From the human T2T-CHM13v2.0 reference genome, Homo sapiens: 64,000 nt of DNA. The notes beneath the pieces were generated by a model. That model searched no databases. It worked only from the letters and a program-made list of their open reading frames with translations, and had not been told where the DNA came from. Position numbers and translations under genes: made by a program. The stretch lies in assembly GCF_009914755.1 (NCBI RefSeq), contig NC_060926.1; one strand, written 5' to 3'. Positions 16,029 through 33,109 of this stretch are shown here, piece by piece. The first letter of the stretch is position 1. Every line of letters begins with the position of its first letter.

Positions 16029-17602
16029 TAATACAATACTTAATCCTGAACTGGATTTAGCAATAAAGGATAATAAATCCTCTAGCAGACACGATTGAGT
16101 CAGTTGAGAAAATTGGAATACAAACTACAGATTAGATACAATATTGAACTGTTTAGTTTCCTGGATTTAACAGTTGTACTTAGATTATATAAAAGAATAT
16201 TCAACTTGTGCTTAGGAAATACATTACTGAAGTATTTAACGGTAAAGGGCCATGATGTATGCAATTCAATTCTATACTGTAATTCAATACTAATTCAAAA
16301 CATTCAAAAATTAATCATATATATGTATATAAAATGAGAAAATGGTAGTATAAGTATGGCAAAATATTAAAAACTGGTGACTGGATAAAATGTAAAAAAT
16401 AAAAAGTGTTTAAGTGGTGGCATCTGAGTGAAACAAGAGAGAAGAAGGTCGGTGCAAAGGATTATTGCTTTTTCATTTAGCATTTTTATGCTACTTTATT
16501 TTTAAAATAATGTTGATATGTTTATTAGTTTGGTTTTATTTTTAAGTTTAAAAATTCTAGGAGTCCTTTATTGAGACTTTTTTTTTATTGAGACTTTTTA
16601 AAAATCATCAAGGTTGCACCTGCTTTAGAATTCAGGATGGAGTGCTCTATGGGGAACTTTTTGATCACAAAAAGCCACAGAGTCATTTTGGCTCCATGTA
16701 TTTTGAGGGCAGTCAATGGCTCAGGTTTGGTTTCACTGAATGTGGCCTTGTAGAGACTGGGTGGCCCTCTATTCAAACAGCATCCTTGCAGTTCCTCAGC
16801 TTTTACAAGAATATCATCCTTCCCCCATCAGTTGACTACTAAAGCTAAAGCTCCACATTTAAACAGCACCACAGAAGAGCTGCACTCCAGGTGCTGGCCA
16901 GGAAACAACAAATTCACTACCACTCAAAGTTCTACAAAAGCCCAATTGAGAGGAATAATAATTACAGATGGTAGCCTGTAGGATCTACAGTTCATTCTTC
17001 CCTCTAAATAGCCTAAAATGTTTTCCTAAATTAAGCCAGACCAGCAGAGATCCACAAACCTGACCACATCTTCTGAAATCCCCACCCCTCCTGGATTGCC
17101 TTTTACTGAATTTGGCTTTGGTGTTTGTCATACACTATGACACAGTGAGGGATGTTGTAAGAAGCAGCCCTATGAAAATCTGTTGGACTTATTGGAGAAT
17201 AGTGTCCACTTCATCACATAGTGACTTCTTTATGAGATTTACAAGAGAAATTTCTTTCTGGTCTCCCAACCAGAAATAATTTTGCTGCTCTTGAGCAACC
17301 AGCTTGTTTTTATCTTCTGAACACTGTGAATCATTTAACTGATCATTTTTCCTTCTCAATTTTATTTGGCCAGAAATCTTAGAGGCAAATTTGTGGTTCG
17401 TCTCTAGCAGAACCATAGGACCTTACAATTTCTGTTTTGTATATTAACCTTATTCCCAGCTTCATTGTTGAGTCAGTAACATATGATAGAGCAGAGGGCT
17501 TGGCCGGGTTTGAACCTCAGAGCTCTACCACTTAATATTTGTATAGTTTTAATCATGTATCTGTGCTTCAGTTACCTCATCTGTAAAATGGAGATGATAA
17601 TA

Positions 17603-17935
17603 CAGGTTGAGTATCCCTTATCCAAAATGCTTGGGACCAGAATTGTTTCAGATTTTAGCGTTTTTATGATTATGAAATAGTTGTATATATGTATATAATG
17701 ATATGTCTTGGGGATGGGATCCAAGTCTAAACATGAAAGTCATTTGTGTTTCATATACACCTTATACATGGAGACTGAAGGAAATTTTATACAATATTTT
17801 AAATAATCTTGTGCATGAAACAAATTTTGTGTTAAGTACTTATGTGTAGAATTTTTCACTTATGGTGTCATGTCCATGCTCAAAAGGTTATTTTGAAGCT
17901 TCTCAGAGATTTCCAGATTAGGGATGCTCAGCCTG
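17603..17935 (+). mobile_element. Tigger4 (Zombi) element inserted in a MIR (~17490-18030)
   Basis: Terminal inverted repeats CAGGTTGAGTATCCCTTATCC / GATTAGGGATGCTCAGCCTG flanked by TA. The MIR core (cagttacctcatctgtaaaatggagatgataa) resumes afterwards. Confidence 0.85.
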
Positions 17936-20346
17936 TAATATTGTTCCCATGAAGCTGTTGTCAGGATTGAATGAATTCCTATACACAAGGTGCTTAGAAC
18001 AGTGCCGATCATATAGCAAACTGTCTATGTTTAGGCACTATTGTCCTCATCTCACCTTTCCTACTCTCACTTTTCCTTGATGTCGTTCTCCTCTCCCACC
18101 AATTTTTAATGTAATCTTTTTTCTTGTTATGTATATATATTAAGCCACCTTAAATGGTTCCTGGAACAAGACTGGGAAAAAACAAAAGCAAGGAGTGCAA
18201 AAACACCAAAATGTGCGTGGCAATCAAGAATAAATCAGGAGTAACCAAATGAAGATATTAACTTCTATTTAAAAAAAAAAAAAAAACGTACACAATAGCT
18301 ACAATATGGACCATCATCTTGCTAGACCTTAATCTGGTACTTGCATCTGTAGAAGATACTAGAAGTCTGATCATGTGCTGATTTGCTCCCAATTATAATT
18401 TGTTCCAATGATGGGTTCTGTGAGAAAAGCTCATTATACCAAATAGCTGTTCAAAGATTGCCACCGTAAAACTACCTGAAACTCTTTATCAATTGACAAG
18501 ATAAACCTGGAGGAAAGGCATTTCTCTGCTTCATCTTTGATTAGCTGAGGGTCTGAGCCTCTAAGGAAGCATCCGATTACTTGGCAAAGGCAACGCCTCC
18601 TTTTTTTGTGTGTCTGGAAAGCATTTATTCAGATAAAATAAAAGTCAGCTGCAAGACACAAGGAAAGATATAAAATAGTAAAGGATACTGTTTAAAAAGC
18701 ATTGAAAAGTTTTCCTCTGATATTAAGTATACTTTAATTAAAATAAAACTTTGTGTTTTACTTCTCTACAATTCAAGCAGCATTGATGATGTGCATTATA
18801 CAGTGTCTATTTCTCTCTACTTTTCTTCTCTTACTTCCTGTCTCTGGTGATAGCTATTGGAAGGGCTGACCTTGGTGTTAGGTCAGAGATCATCAAAGGA
18901 ATCCCTTGCTGTGCAAAAATACTTTCTCCACATATGAGTTGCTATGAATTAGAGCTTCACTCCTTTGATTTAAATCACAGCAAGGTTTCTCCTATTCTAA
19001 GGAAAGTAGCCCAAAGAGAATGTCTGGTATTGAGCCTTCTCAGCCTTGAGATATTGGATGCTTAACTAAAAGTAAGTCTTAATAAACGAGGAAATTTAGT
19101 CAACAAATGTTTACTCAGCACCCACTATGAGCTCAATAGGGATTGGAATTAACAATGCAGTGTTCAGTCATGGGTCATCCTAATGAAGAGATATCAGAAA
19201 TAACATGACAGATGATAAGGGCAAAAAAATTACAAAGCTGGGAAGGGAAAAGAGTGATGGCAGAGGTGGGATGGAGATGGAGGGATACTGCTTAGATAGG
19301 AAGGTCAGGAAAGATCTCACTGATGAGAGAAGAGCTATCACAAGAGGGCTGTGGTGAGAAAACGGGTTATACTAAGGTAAGGAAGGAAGGAAAAGCAGCC
19401 AGCAATGGAAGAGTAGGGGTCCTAGAGTTAGTTTTGCTGGTTGCTGAACAGGAGTCAAGTTCTGAGTCCTCATCTTGGCTCTGTCAACTCCCTGCCATGC
19501 TTGACCTCATCTTTCAGATGAGAGTAATAATGCTTGTCCTGTCTGTACCTTGGAGCTGCTGATGTTTGAGATCATATTAGGAGAATATTTTGAGCTCTAC
19601 AGGCAGAAAACATTAGGAAAGTACAAGGTACAATTATGTTGTTTTCCCTGTATTTTTCTCCTGTCTTTTTCAGTTTGACTGCTCTTTTATTAAAAACAAA
19701 CAAACAAACAGAGCTGGTGACCTATTCCTCCCTCTCTGTAAGCCAACCTCATCTGTCAGTTTAAATGTGTCTCATCTAGCCAGGGCAGGCCTGAGATCCT
19801 TCTCCATACTGAAAGGTCAAGGTCAATATGAAACTAAAAAGAAAATGTTCTACCATTAAAGCTAGACTTGGAGTGTAAGGGTTAACCCTACAAGGAGGAT
19901 TCCCATATAGAATGTATTCTCAGAAGAGCAAACAAACACAGGATGTCACTGAATCCTTGAGGGAGGAAAGAGAGTTTTGTAGATTAACTCTCTGGCAACA
20001 GCTCACTTATTTAGCATTTTGATGGTACTGGAGAGGTGGCAGAATCTTACAAGACATAAAGTACTTTTTCTAGGTTTACACAGTTCAATTAACTTCTTAT
20101 AGCCCTCAGATTTTGTTCCAACTTCCTTTCATTTTCTTTTAGCTATAACAGGTAAAGCAGGAGAAAACAAGATAAAGGAAGAGAAAAAATGGGAAAATTT
20201 CTAGTCAAGTACTAAGATTCATTGGGAGCAGCAAAAGTTCATGAAAATTTTTGGAACTCAAGTTCTTAAATACTCATAATGGTATTTAAAAAAATGCTCT
20301 ACCATAGAAAATGCCAAACATATACAGAAAGAGAGAAAATACTTGA

Positions 20347-20760
<414 letters not shown>

Positions 20761-20811
20761 TCCACGGATTATTTTTAAGCAAACTCCATCACATCACTTC
20801 ATCAGTAAGTA

Positions 20812-21453
20812 CAGTTGATTGTCATTATTCTTGGAAGTTATGTTCTATAGAGTCATCACAAACACAATTCAAGTAGATACTAAACCACTCCTCCTAGGGG
20901 AAATAAGAGGGTAAGTTCCTGCAAGCCTCTGGTCACATTTTTGTCAGCTGGTCAATACATAACCTTGTTTTATGTGTGTTTCTGTTTAGACACCTGATTC
21001 AACATGTGTTGTTGACTTACTAACATTGAAGTAATGGCCAACAGCACCATAACTCATGCCTGAATGAAGCATATTTAACTCGCGTATTTTCTGTGTAGAG
21101 CTATCACAGCCTTGCGTATAGAAACCCTAGACAGCACTTTAGCACTTGCTTGGGGGCCACTGTAAACAATACAATTACCAACAACGAAAATCACAAAAAT
21201 GTGATAAACACAGCACTAAATAGCCCATGAGAAGGACACTCGTTTACAATCTGAGGGCTGAACCGAGAAAGCAGAGTTCCACTTTGCTCAACCTCAGCTA
21301 GGAATGTGTACTTCGGGTCACTCAAATGTTTCCCACCCTGCACATATCTATAAGTGACCATGAAAGCACCATGAGTATTGATTTTGGGGTTAGAAACACA
21401 TTTTAGTGAGTAGGCAAACTTATAAATATGAAGCCACAAACAAAGCCCAACTG
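20812..21453 (+). mobile_element. MER82-like TcMar-Tigger element
   Basis: TA-CAGTTG...CAACTG-TA ends; internal gttatgttctata...ctcctaggggaaata...gcctctggtcaca. Confidence 0.75.
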
Positions 21454-21544
21454 TATTTTGTCATGTATTTCATGTAAAGATTGATTTTTAGTAACATAAA
21501 CACAATACCATGTTTTCCACTGAGGATTAGCACTCAAAGATGGG

Positions 21545-21900
21545 TATTTTTATTTATTTATTTACTTTTAAGCTTTTATTTAAATTTGTGGGGACATGTG
21601 TAGATTTGTTACCTGGGTGTATTATGTGATGCTGAGGTTTGGGGTACGAATGATTCTGTCGCCCAGGTACTAAGCATAGTACCCAACAGTTTTCCAACCC
21701 TTTCTCCACTTCCTCCCTCCTCTAGTAGTCCCCAGTTTCTATTGTTGCCATCTTTATGTGCATGAGTACCAAATGTTTAGCTCCCACTCATAAGTGAGAA
21801 CATGTGGTATTTGGTTTTCTCTTCCTGCATTAGTTCACTTAGGATAATAGCCTCCAGCTGCATCCATGTTGCTGTAAAAGTTATGATTTTGTTCTTTTAA
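21545..21900 (-). mobile_element. L1PA/L1PB 3' end
   Basis: Antisense T-rich tail followed by ctcccactcataagtgagaacatgtggtatttggttttc...gcctccagctgcatccatgttgctg. Confidence 0.88.
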
Positions 21901-22051
21901 AAAACTGGCATTTTTAAGTGACATTTGTCATTCACACATTAATTCAAACATTAAGTAACTACTGCATGCTTTAATATTGGTTGTGACTTAGCTTTGTTAA
22001 AGACAAAGCTAGAATAGTAATTAGGTAATGTCCCATCTCAAATATGATAGT

Positions 22052-22360
22052 ATAGGCCTCCTTCATTATTAATGAAAAAATGGTTCTAGGACCCCTTACA
22101 GGTACTAAAATCCACAGATGCTCAAGTCCCTTATATAAATTGACACAGTATTTGAAATAACCTACTCACATCCTCCTATATATTTAAAATCACCTCTAAA
22201 TTACTTATAATACCTAATATGACAAAAATGTGTGTAAATAGTTGTTATACCATGTGTCATTTTTTATTGTTGTATTGTTATTGGTTTTTTCTGAATACTT
22301 TTGATCCATTGTTGATTGAATCTGGGGATGTAAAACCCATGAATATAGGGGACTAACTAT
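22052..22360 (+). mobile_element. MER2 (TcMar-Tigger)
   Basis: tggttctaggacccc...aaatccacagatgctcaagtcccttatataaa...gatgtaaaacccatgaatatagggga. Confidence 0.8.
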
Positions 22361-23799
22361 AATTGAAAGTATGTCAAGGGTTTTGAAAAATTTTTTCTAA
22401 ATTTGAGGGCAAGATTTCCAGTCAGCATGAGGCGTCATTCAATATTATTAATATTATTACATAGAAAGTACTCTTTAACTGCCCACATCCTTAAATAGTT
22501 GTTAGCTAATCAGCTACTGTGCTATTCACTTTTATATTTCTGTTTTTGTCTTGCTATATAAAAACTGCCCTTAATGGAACTTGTTAGTTGTTTAATGTTT
22601 ACTTAGCAAATGTCCATTTTAACATGGCCGAGATCCTGACTTATAATGGCAATTTTATTTTTCACAGGTAGCAAAATACAAGAGTTCCAGCAATATGATT
22701 TATCCAGGAGAATTATCTCTGAAATGTGGGCAAAGCACTTAAAAATGTAGAAAGAAAGTTTCCCATTAGCAATCTTGGCGGCCCTTCTCTCAAAGCACCC
22801 TAGCTCAATTTTTAGGTTATCAGCACTTGAATGGCTGGATCTATACACAACGGGGAACACATTAAATGAAACATACAACAAGACTGTTTCAGTCCAGAGC
22901 CCCCAAGAAAAGAAGTTGGAAAATAAATTTCCTTTTAGACTGTCATTTCCAGAACGTTTCAACAATGTCACGTAACATTCATCCATTTATTGATGAGTGA
23001 AGTATTACAGATCCAAAGCATTATTTTCTAAACAGTGAAATTACAGTTCTCAATCCAACCCCTCAATTTTCATTTACAACGATGATTGTAATCAAAACTG
23101 CACAATTTTAAGTAATTGCATTTGATTAGTCCTATTTGGTCATAGAAAAACCACACTGTGGGACCACCATATTTGAACATGTGTTTATATGTCTTACACT
23201 CAAAAGTACTAGAGATTTAAAAATTAAGTCATTCAGAAAACTTGTGTTCACATGTGAATAATTCCAAACTAAAATCGAGGTTGCTAGTAGAAGAAGTTTA
23301 AAGAGGTTTTTCTAATATGACTAACAAATTCTTCCTTGAATCTTTAGCTGCAATATATATTTCAGAAGAAATATTCCAATTTATTTAAGATATAATAAAA
23401 CCTTGATTAAGCCCCAAACCCACTCTAAGCTCCCAGTTAACTGGAAAGTTCTTGCTCTTCACCTTTATTTTAGAAAACTAAATTATAAACTATGCTGATA
23501 CTAATGCAGTATTTGTGTTGGTGTGTATTAAACAGTTAACTTATAGTATTAATCCTGGGATGTATACAAATTTAGATTAATCTTGCATAATTTTCCAAAA
23601 TGATTATATATTATCAGATTAATATGGGGATACTGAAAAAATCTAAATAATGTGAAATTAAAATATCTATACTGCATAGTTCTTAATAAAGTAGGATAGT
23701 AGATTAATACATTTAGGGAGTCCTTTATAAAGTAAGAGCTGAAGCAAGGAGAGATAGTCTGATTAACTCAAGGATACTCAAATAATTCTTTTTTCCTTC

Positions 23800-25883
<2,084 letters not shown>

Positions 25884-26329
25884 GAACTGTTTCCCATTTA
25901 ATTGACGGGTATAGGAAAAGAAACCACAAGAGCCAGGAGATAAAATGGAATAAGAAAACCAGTGAAGAAGAATGAAGACAGAAAGCAAGGAGAAAGAAGC
26001 TTCCAGAAGAATGAAGTGATAAACTCCAATAGGAATTTTAAAATGTGGAAAAAAATGAAAAGGGTTCATTGCTTTTGGAACTGAGATGTCAGTGATGGCC
26101 TGGGCTAGAGCTTCAAGGCCAATTGCAACAAAGTGGAGCTAAGAGAAGAAGGAATGACAGTCCATGGCGTATTTATCAAATGCCTGTCTTCTTCACCAGA
26201 TTAAAATCCCCACAAGGACATAGCTCAATCTTTTCAGTATTTTATGTTTCCCTGAGCTCAGTAAAGTGCTGGACAGATGGTGGGCACTCCTCTCCCCAAC
26301 ATATTTGACCAGTGAATGAATGAATGGGA

Positions 26330-26432
26330 TAGGGTGGGGAGGTAGACGGAAAAAGAAAAGGGGAGACGAGAAAGAAAAAAAAAAGGAGAAAGATGAAGAA
26401 AGAAAGGGAAGAAAGAAAAGAAAGGGAAACAA
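26330..26432. repeat. Purine-rich (GA) low-complexity tract
   Basis: About 100 bp almost entirely A/G. Confidence 0.8.
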
Positions 26433-28426
26433 TGATACAGCAGTATCTAATTGTATCAAACATACAGGAGGACCTAATTGTTTTCAGGGTGGGAACATCT
26501 TGAGCACATGTGTATGTACAGGCAGAGGTAATCCAATGGGGAGGGTTTTAAGACACAGAAAAGAGAAAGACAAATAGAATGAGAAACTTCTGTGAGAAGG
26601 TAAGAGATGGAATCAGGAACTAGTAGAAGGATGAATTTCATATTGGTAGTTCAATGAAAATTAAGTTTCAGTAAGACTGAATGTCATTGATAAGCCACAA
26701 ATGATCTACAAGGGTGATTTAAATTATTTCTGATACTATCATTTGCTTATTAATTGGTTTAATAATGAAATTATATAAAATGGCTGTTTATATCCAATTT
26801 TATATTCTTGACTGCATCCTTAAAAACCCAGTTATTATAACCATTCCTTGGTTAGAATTTGTAATTGTTCCATCAGAGTTTTCAGAACAACTTTCCACTT
26901 TTGCCATAAAACATTACTTCTGAAGGTGAGGTAGAAATAAGACAAAGGATAAAGAAAAATATACTTAATTTTCACATAGCATAAATGGCTGAATCTCATA
27001 TTTTTTAAAAAAAGGTTGTTCTGGTTTGTCAATATCAAAACCAATAGAGGGTGAAAGGAGAAACAGAAATAAGATCTGTTGTTTGTTATAAAAAAGATTC
27101 CAGGCTAAGTTTAATACATTTTAATCCATGTCCTCTGAGGGATGTAAATCTCTCTCCACCTCCAAAAAGGAAAAAAAATAACAACGGAATAGCCATTAAA
27201 CTCTATTGCAGTGCTGCACTGCTGTTGCCAAATTTCTTATTTACTAAAATTGAACTGTCGTAACATTTGTCCCGTATGCTCCTACCTTGAGACCTTGAGG
27301 ACAAGGCTCTACTGATTTCTTTGTGCCTTTTTAAGACCTTATTTTGGCCTCAGCCCCAAACCCAAGGAAACAAATTTGAGTTTTACCTAATTTGAATATT
27401 TGTTGAAGATAGGTAGTACTATGCTTCAAAAACTAGGTTCCTAACTAGGACCTAACATCAGATTCTTCACCTCTGTTTCTTAGGATGTTTGTCAGATCTG
27501 ACCTTAGAGATAATTATTTTCTAAGACGACATTTGTAGCTCAGGAAATAGGGATGGCTGAGCCATCCACCACTAGTCATGGATAAAGCTAGACAAACTAT
27601 CCATGAGGTGACCTTTCAAAGTGGCTGATGACCAAAAAAATTAGGGAGTCCCATTTGATTCTTCTAAAATAAGTTTGAATCTAGCTTCTTCTCTGTCTCA
27701 ATTGTACCCACTTTCCCTAATTCAGAAGACAGCTATCGTGGCCACTGATAACCAGAACCCACGTTTCCATTTTGCTTTGGAGTCTTTGTTTTTCTCATTA
27801 AAGTCTCTTACAGTAAGGATGGGCACTATAACTAAAGGGGAAGCTTGCTTTGGTCTAGTTGGTTAATTTGCAGAACTAGTAAAAGGTATAACTAGAGACA
27901 ACTTTGAAACAAGTGGCTTAGATAGGATTTTGTGGCTGTTTGGGTTTTTTTTTTTTTTTTAAGGGTAGATTCCTGTCACGAGCAATTGAAAGTTCTGTAG
28001 TAAACACTGTTGGCCACTCCACCAGCATCCATGCCCCCTCCTCCTTGACCGAATCACACTCCTCTCTGCACCACCTTAGAGCTCCTCAGTGCCCACCATG
28101 TCCTGTCCCAGCACTGTGTGGTTGCTGACAACTCCATGCAGGGGCAGCCTGCTGTGCCTCCGCCTGAGGCACCTGCCAATCTTCTTCACCTGCTGGACAT
28201 CTCTTCACTCCTATCCTCCCTCCCTGCCTTGCAACACAACTGAAGTGCAGGGGGCTTCCACACCCCAGGATTCCTTTGGACCAGTGAGAGATGGGAGCCA
28301 TTGGATAAATATTTCATGTTTCACTCCACCCTCAACATAGCCCTGAACTCAGTCTCTCCTAGACTCAGGCAAATCCCTTTTTACCTCTACCCCAATAATT
28401 CAGTCTTTTGAATCTTTGAAACCCCA

Positions 28427-28719
<293 letters not shown>

Positions 28720-28907
28720 AAAACCCCGTTTTTCTCTAACTCTTGTTTCTTAGTGAGTTTTCCGAGTTAGGTTGTTGTGGTTTTTCTAGGGAGGAGAAAA
28801 ATGAAGGGAAAAAAAAAGTGAGGAATGCTTACAAAGCATGATACCTGTGGTTCATTCCAGAAAGGTGTGGCACTGACCATGAGTGACACGACCAAAAACT
28901 ACATTCG

Positions 28908-29187
28908 TTCATTCATTCATTTAGAGACCAGGTCTCACTCTGTCACCTAGGCTGGAGTGCAGTGGTGCGATAATATCTCACTGCAGCCTCAAACCTCAGG
29001 CTCAAGCAATCCTCTCACCTAGCCTCCCGAGTAGCTGGGACTACAGGCAGGAACCACTACACCAGACTAATTATTTAATTTTTTTGTAGAGATTGGGTCT
29101 CACTGTGTTACCTAGGCTATTAAGCAATCCTCCCACCTCAGTTTCCAAAAGTGCTGAGATTACAGGCATGAGGTACTACACTGGGCC
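28908..29187 (-). mobile_element. Alu (AluJ-like) with (TTCA)n tail
   Basis: Diverged antisense Alu. Confidence 0.9.
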
Positions 29188-29548
29188 CAAACCATCTTTT
29201 AATTATATTTCTTTAACACACTGAGGGAGACACAGAGACCCCCCCAACAATACTTCTTTAAAATTTCCTTTAAATTCTCTTACATTCTTCAAGTGCCCCC
29301 TAGTTTTCTCTCCTTCAACTTTTCTGCCCAGCCTGTACTTTTAAAATTCAAAACCTCCTCTCTTCAGTCTTTATAACATTCTCATGTTAACTTTTTTCTT
29401 AAAGTCCCTTTCCTCCACTTCCTGCTCCCATGGCACTGACTCTATGCCCCTTCTCCAGATCTCAACCATAAACAACAATAACACTTCTGTAAGTTTTCTA
29501 GGAGTGAAAATACCTTAGGAGGTGTCAATGACTCAGGATTCGTTTTAT

Positions 29549-29892
29549 AGCAGTGGTCCTCGAAGTGTGGTCCCAGAGCAGCATCCACAAGCACTAGTAC
29601 TTAGCAGTGGAAATTCCAGGGCCCCGCCCCAGACCTCCCGAATCAGAAACTCTAGGAGTGGAGCCCAGCTCGCTGGTTTCACAAGCCCTTCAGGTGATCC
29701 TGATGCAAGTATTATAGTAACCATTGCCACATGGTTCTCATTCAGCCCTCACTGTATATTAGAATCACCGGAGGAGCATTTAGCCTTACAGATTCTTGAG
29801 CCCTAACCCCAGGGATTCCATTTCAGTCGGACTAGGGTGGGGCCCAGGCTTCCAAGGTGATTTTGCTGTTCCACTAGGGTTTGAAACACTGC
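29549..29892. mobile_element. Two adjacent MER5A/MER5B (hAT-Charlie) elements
   Basis: cagtggtcctcgaagtgtggtccc...gaatcagaaactctagga...acaagcccttcaggtgat, then catggttctca...ttagaatcacc...tttgaaacactg. Confidence 0.75.
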
Positions 29893-32800
29893 ACTATCCT
29901 TAAATAAGAACTAAGTAAAACCAACATTTTTTCTATTGTGGAGGGTTAGGGAGAGGGGTAGAAGATGGTGCACGTTTCCTGGTTTTCCTGGTTTGGAATA
30001 TTTAGATATATTTATAACCTTAATTCTAAAATAATCATTACCATGAGTATAAAGCAAGACTGCATGTCCAATTTTTTAAAATTTGGTTCATTAAAATATA
30101 TAAATGGTCTTTAGAATTTTGGAGCCACACACGTGGTAGAACTGCTTAAAGTAAACAGAACTATTCCAAGCATCGTGGACACTGAGATTGGCGACCGGGT
30201 ACCTGTGGTTCGTTGATGGCTGGCTGGGTGCCTTCCCCCCTTCACAAATTTAGCAACGCTTTAGGTTGGTGCCCTGGGCAACTGGCCTTCTCACACCTTC
30301 CCCTCTGCCCCCTGTCCTTTGGAACACGACTACAATTCTGCTAATGTCTTCAGACAAAGGCATCATTTTATTCAGCTTTTATTAATAGCAGCAAGTGTTA
30401 GAGACTCTGTAGACTGAATCCTGTGGGGAGAAAAGTTAGAGACCCGGTGTGAATTTAAGCATCACCAGCACCTCATCAGGCCACATTTCCATGTTCTTTC
30501 CATAAGAACCAAAATGGACAATGGAAAATGCACCAATTACAATTTTCCTAATGGGAATGAGACACTGCTTTGGGGGTTCACTAGTGAAGTTTATGTTTAA
30601 ATAACATGCATAATCACACAAACCTCTCTTTTTTTGCTTAATCTGCCTCCATTTATCACCAGCTGATTTGACTTAGGGATTTTTCTTTCCATTTAATTCA
30701 TCATATGGCATGTAGTTGTAAGTAGTACAACGTTCCTCTTTTAAGAAAATTAAGGTTGACCAATATATTCAAGTTTCAATATTTCCATCTTGTTTGCATG
30801 AACTACCTTGATTTTCTCCTAACAATTAAATTAGCCAAAAATCCAGTGTTATCTGGTTACCACAGGAAAAATCACCAAGCTCCAGTTCAGCAAAAATTAC
30901 AAAAGCATGTGGTATTTATAAGAAACTTGAGTGCCAGCTTGTCCCTATGCCCAGCAACAATAAAATGTGAATATCTATTCTGTGCTTGCAGTATGGTAAG
31001 TGAGCATAAAGGAAAGACGTAAGACAGGCACTGTGGTTCTCCTTCAAGTAACAGTGCATCTGTTCTTTTGCTCATGACATTCTAAACTGTGCTAGGAATG
31101 GCTACTCACTGTAAAAAACTACCTACCAAGAATTCCACAATATCTTGAATCTTGTCTGAAGTTACCTGCAAAATTCAGACAAAATAAAAGTTGAAGGAAA
31201 TACAAGAGACAATCTGAGGACTTGTCCAAGTCAGACACATATTACTGTATTTCCTAATGTGTAGGTGTCATTAAGTTGTGTTATTAGACATGAAGTGGTG
31301 GAGTGCTCAAGGAGGCGGAACCTGGACCTTTCTCTCACAACCTACTGATGTGCAGAGTCTGAAGGCAGCTGGGGAGATAAATTTTCATGAGGACATCCCA
31401 ACCCCTTCTGAGCTTTCAAGTGATTGACACCTATCAGAGGACCCAAGAGGACTGGACTGAAGGACCAGCAGCAGGAAAGGGCAAAGCTCCTGACATTGAA
31501 CCACACACGGTGGTGGTAGAAAAGCCGGGCGAGGAACGTGGTGCACCTCAGAGGCTCACCAAACGGAGAGAGGGTGTCTGGCCCATGGTGGTGGGTAGAT
31601 CCCAATCCCTGTCCTGGCCCCAAGATGCAACCTTTGTGAGAAGGCTTCTAGGCTAAGACAGTACCAAGGTAGATACTTTCAGCCTTCACACATGCAGGAA
31701 CCACCACAGTTAGGGCAGGGGAATTCTTTAGGCTTGGTAAGAACCACGCAGGATGTTTAGCACTTAGACCACCTTCTGAGGCACAACCAAAGGACCTGCA
31801 AACTCTAAGCGAGCACTTCAGCTTTCCAGGTATCTGCTGGGACACTCTGTCTCTGATGTGGGCATGCAGGGGTCCACTGAGGCGATTCCAGCCTGTGGAG
31901 GTGCACCTTGGACCCTACTCATGTGGTGAGTCCAGAGCCACCTGGACTGACTCTTTGGACTGGAGCAAACAACCTGGGGTTGGAAGCACATTCTTTCGAT
32001 AGACAAACTGAGAGCTTAGGCTACTTAACTGACTTTTAAAAGGGGTCTCTATTAAGCAATATATTTTGTTTGGTTTTCTCAAAGGGACCAAATGTACACA
32101 GGAAACTCAAAGATTTAGTGCCCACTTACTCCTTTTCTGAGCCAGTATCACTAGTGAAATTATAACTAGGAGGAGCCACGAGGTAGTAAAATTTGAGATT
32201 TAAAATCTAATGGGCTTTTAAAGATTCTGTCTTGAAGACAGATGATAATAACACTCCCAGAATGTGAAACACGAACTTTAGCCTCAGCCTTTTACCATTT
32301 TCTGATTAGTCTGTGGATTAGTCAGATATATTAAGTCAAAATTAAAACTAGACTTCTTATGCTTAAAAATTACATAAAAAAAGAAACAGTACATGAAGAT
32401 TCGCAAGGAAATGATGATGTCAATTTTAGTGGAATTTCACTGCAAAAAGCAGAACCCAGAGGAGACGATGCTTGAGTCCATCTTAAAAGTTATATGTAAA
32501 CCAGCCAGTTAAGAAAGGGCAGAATTACTAGACCCTGATGGGCAGCTAAAGAGAATGCACTGGAATTTTGATCATAGACAATCAGAAATATTGTGTGCCC
32601 ACAAAAAGATCTTAGAAATGTTGATTATATATTATAAAAATAAAACCTATGGATTGTAGTTGATAGCTTAAGAGATACAAAGTATAGGCATAGTAAAACT
32701 CATACCAACAGAACTCTGATGGAACTGTTACCAGTGGCCGGGCGGTGTGTTCAGTGCTCTCACTTGACTGTAGTGGTCCTGTTAGGCAGGTAATGTCATT

Positions 32801-33109
32801 ACTCCCCCTTAAAGATGAGAAAGCTGAGATCTGACATATTTGATGCTGGATTTATGACTAGCACCTGAGGTTGCTCTCCCACCCTAATGTGATTATATGG
32901 CCTCGTCTTTTTTACCCCTTCCAAAGATAACAAGCATATTTAGGTCCCCAGGAATGTTTATGGGACATTCACATATGTAGTATGGGAATTAATTTATTGG
33001 CACAAGTTGTGAAATTGGATGCTGGGCTCTCAGATCCCTCTATTTTTTGCTGTTTGTTGTTTGTTCGGTTGGGTTTTTGGGTTTTTTTTTTTTTCGGTTC
33101 TTAACAATT

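Noticed and set aside
22603-22986. Longest non-Alu ORF (127 aa)
   Set aside because: No recognisable domain or homology; its length is within chance expectation for 64 kb across six frames.
26193-26577. Lys/Glu-rich and Phe/Ser-rich ORFs
   Set aside because: Artefacts of the purine-rich low-complexity tract.
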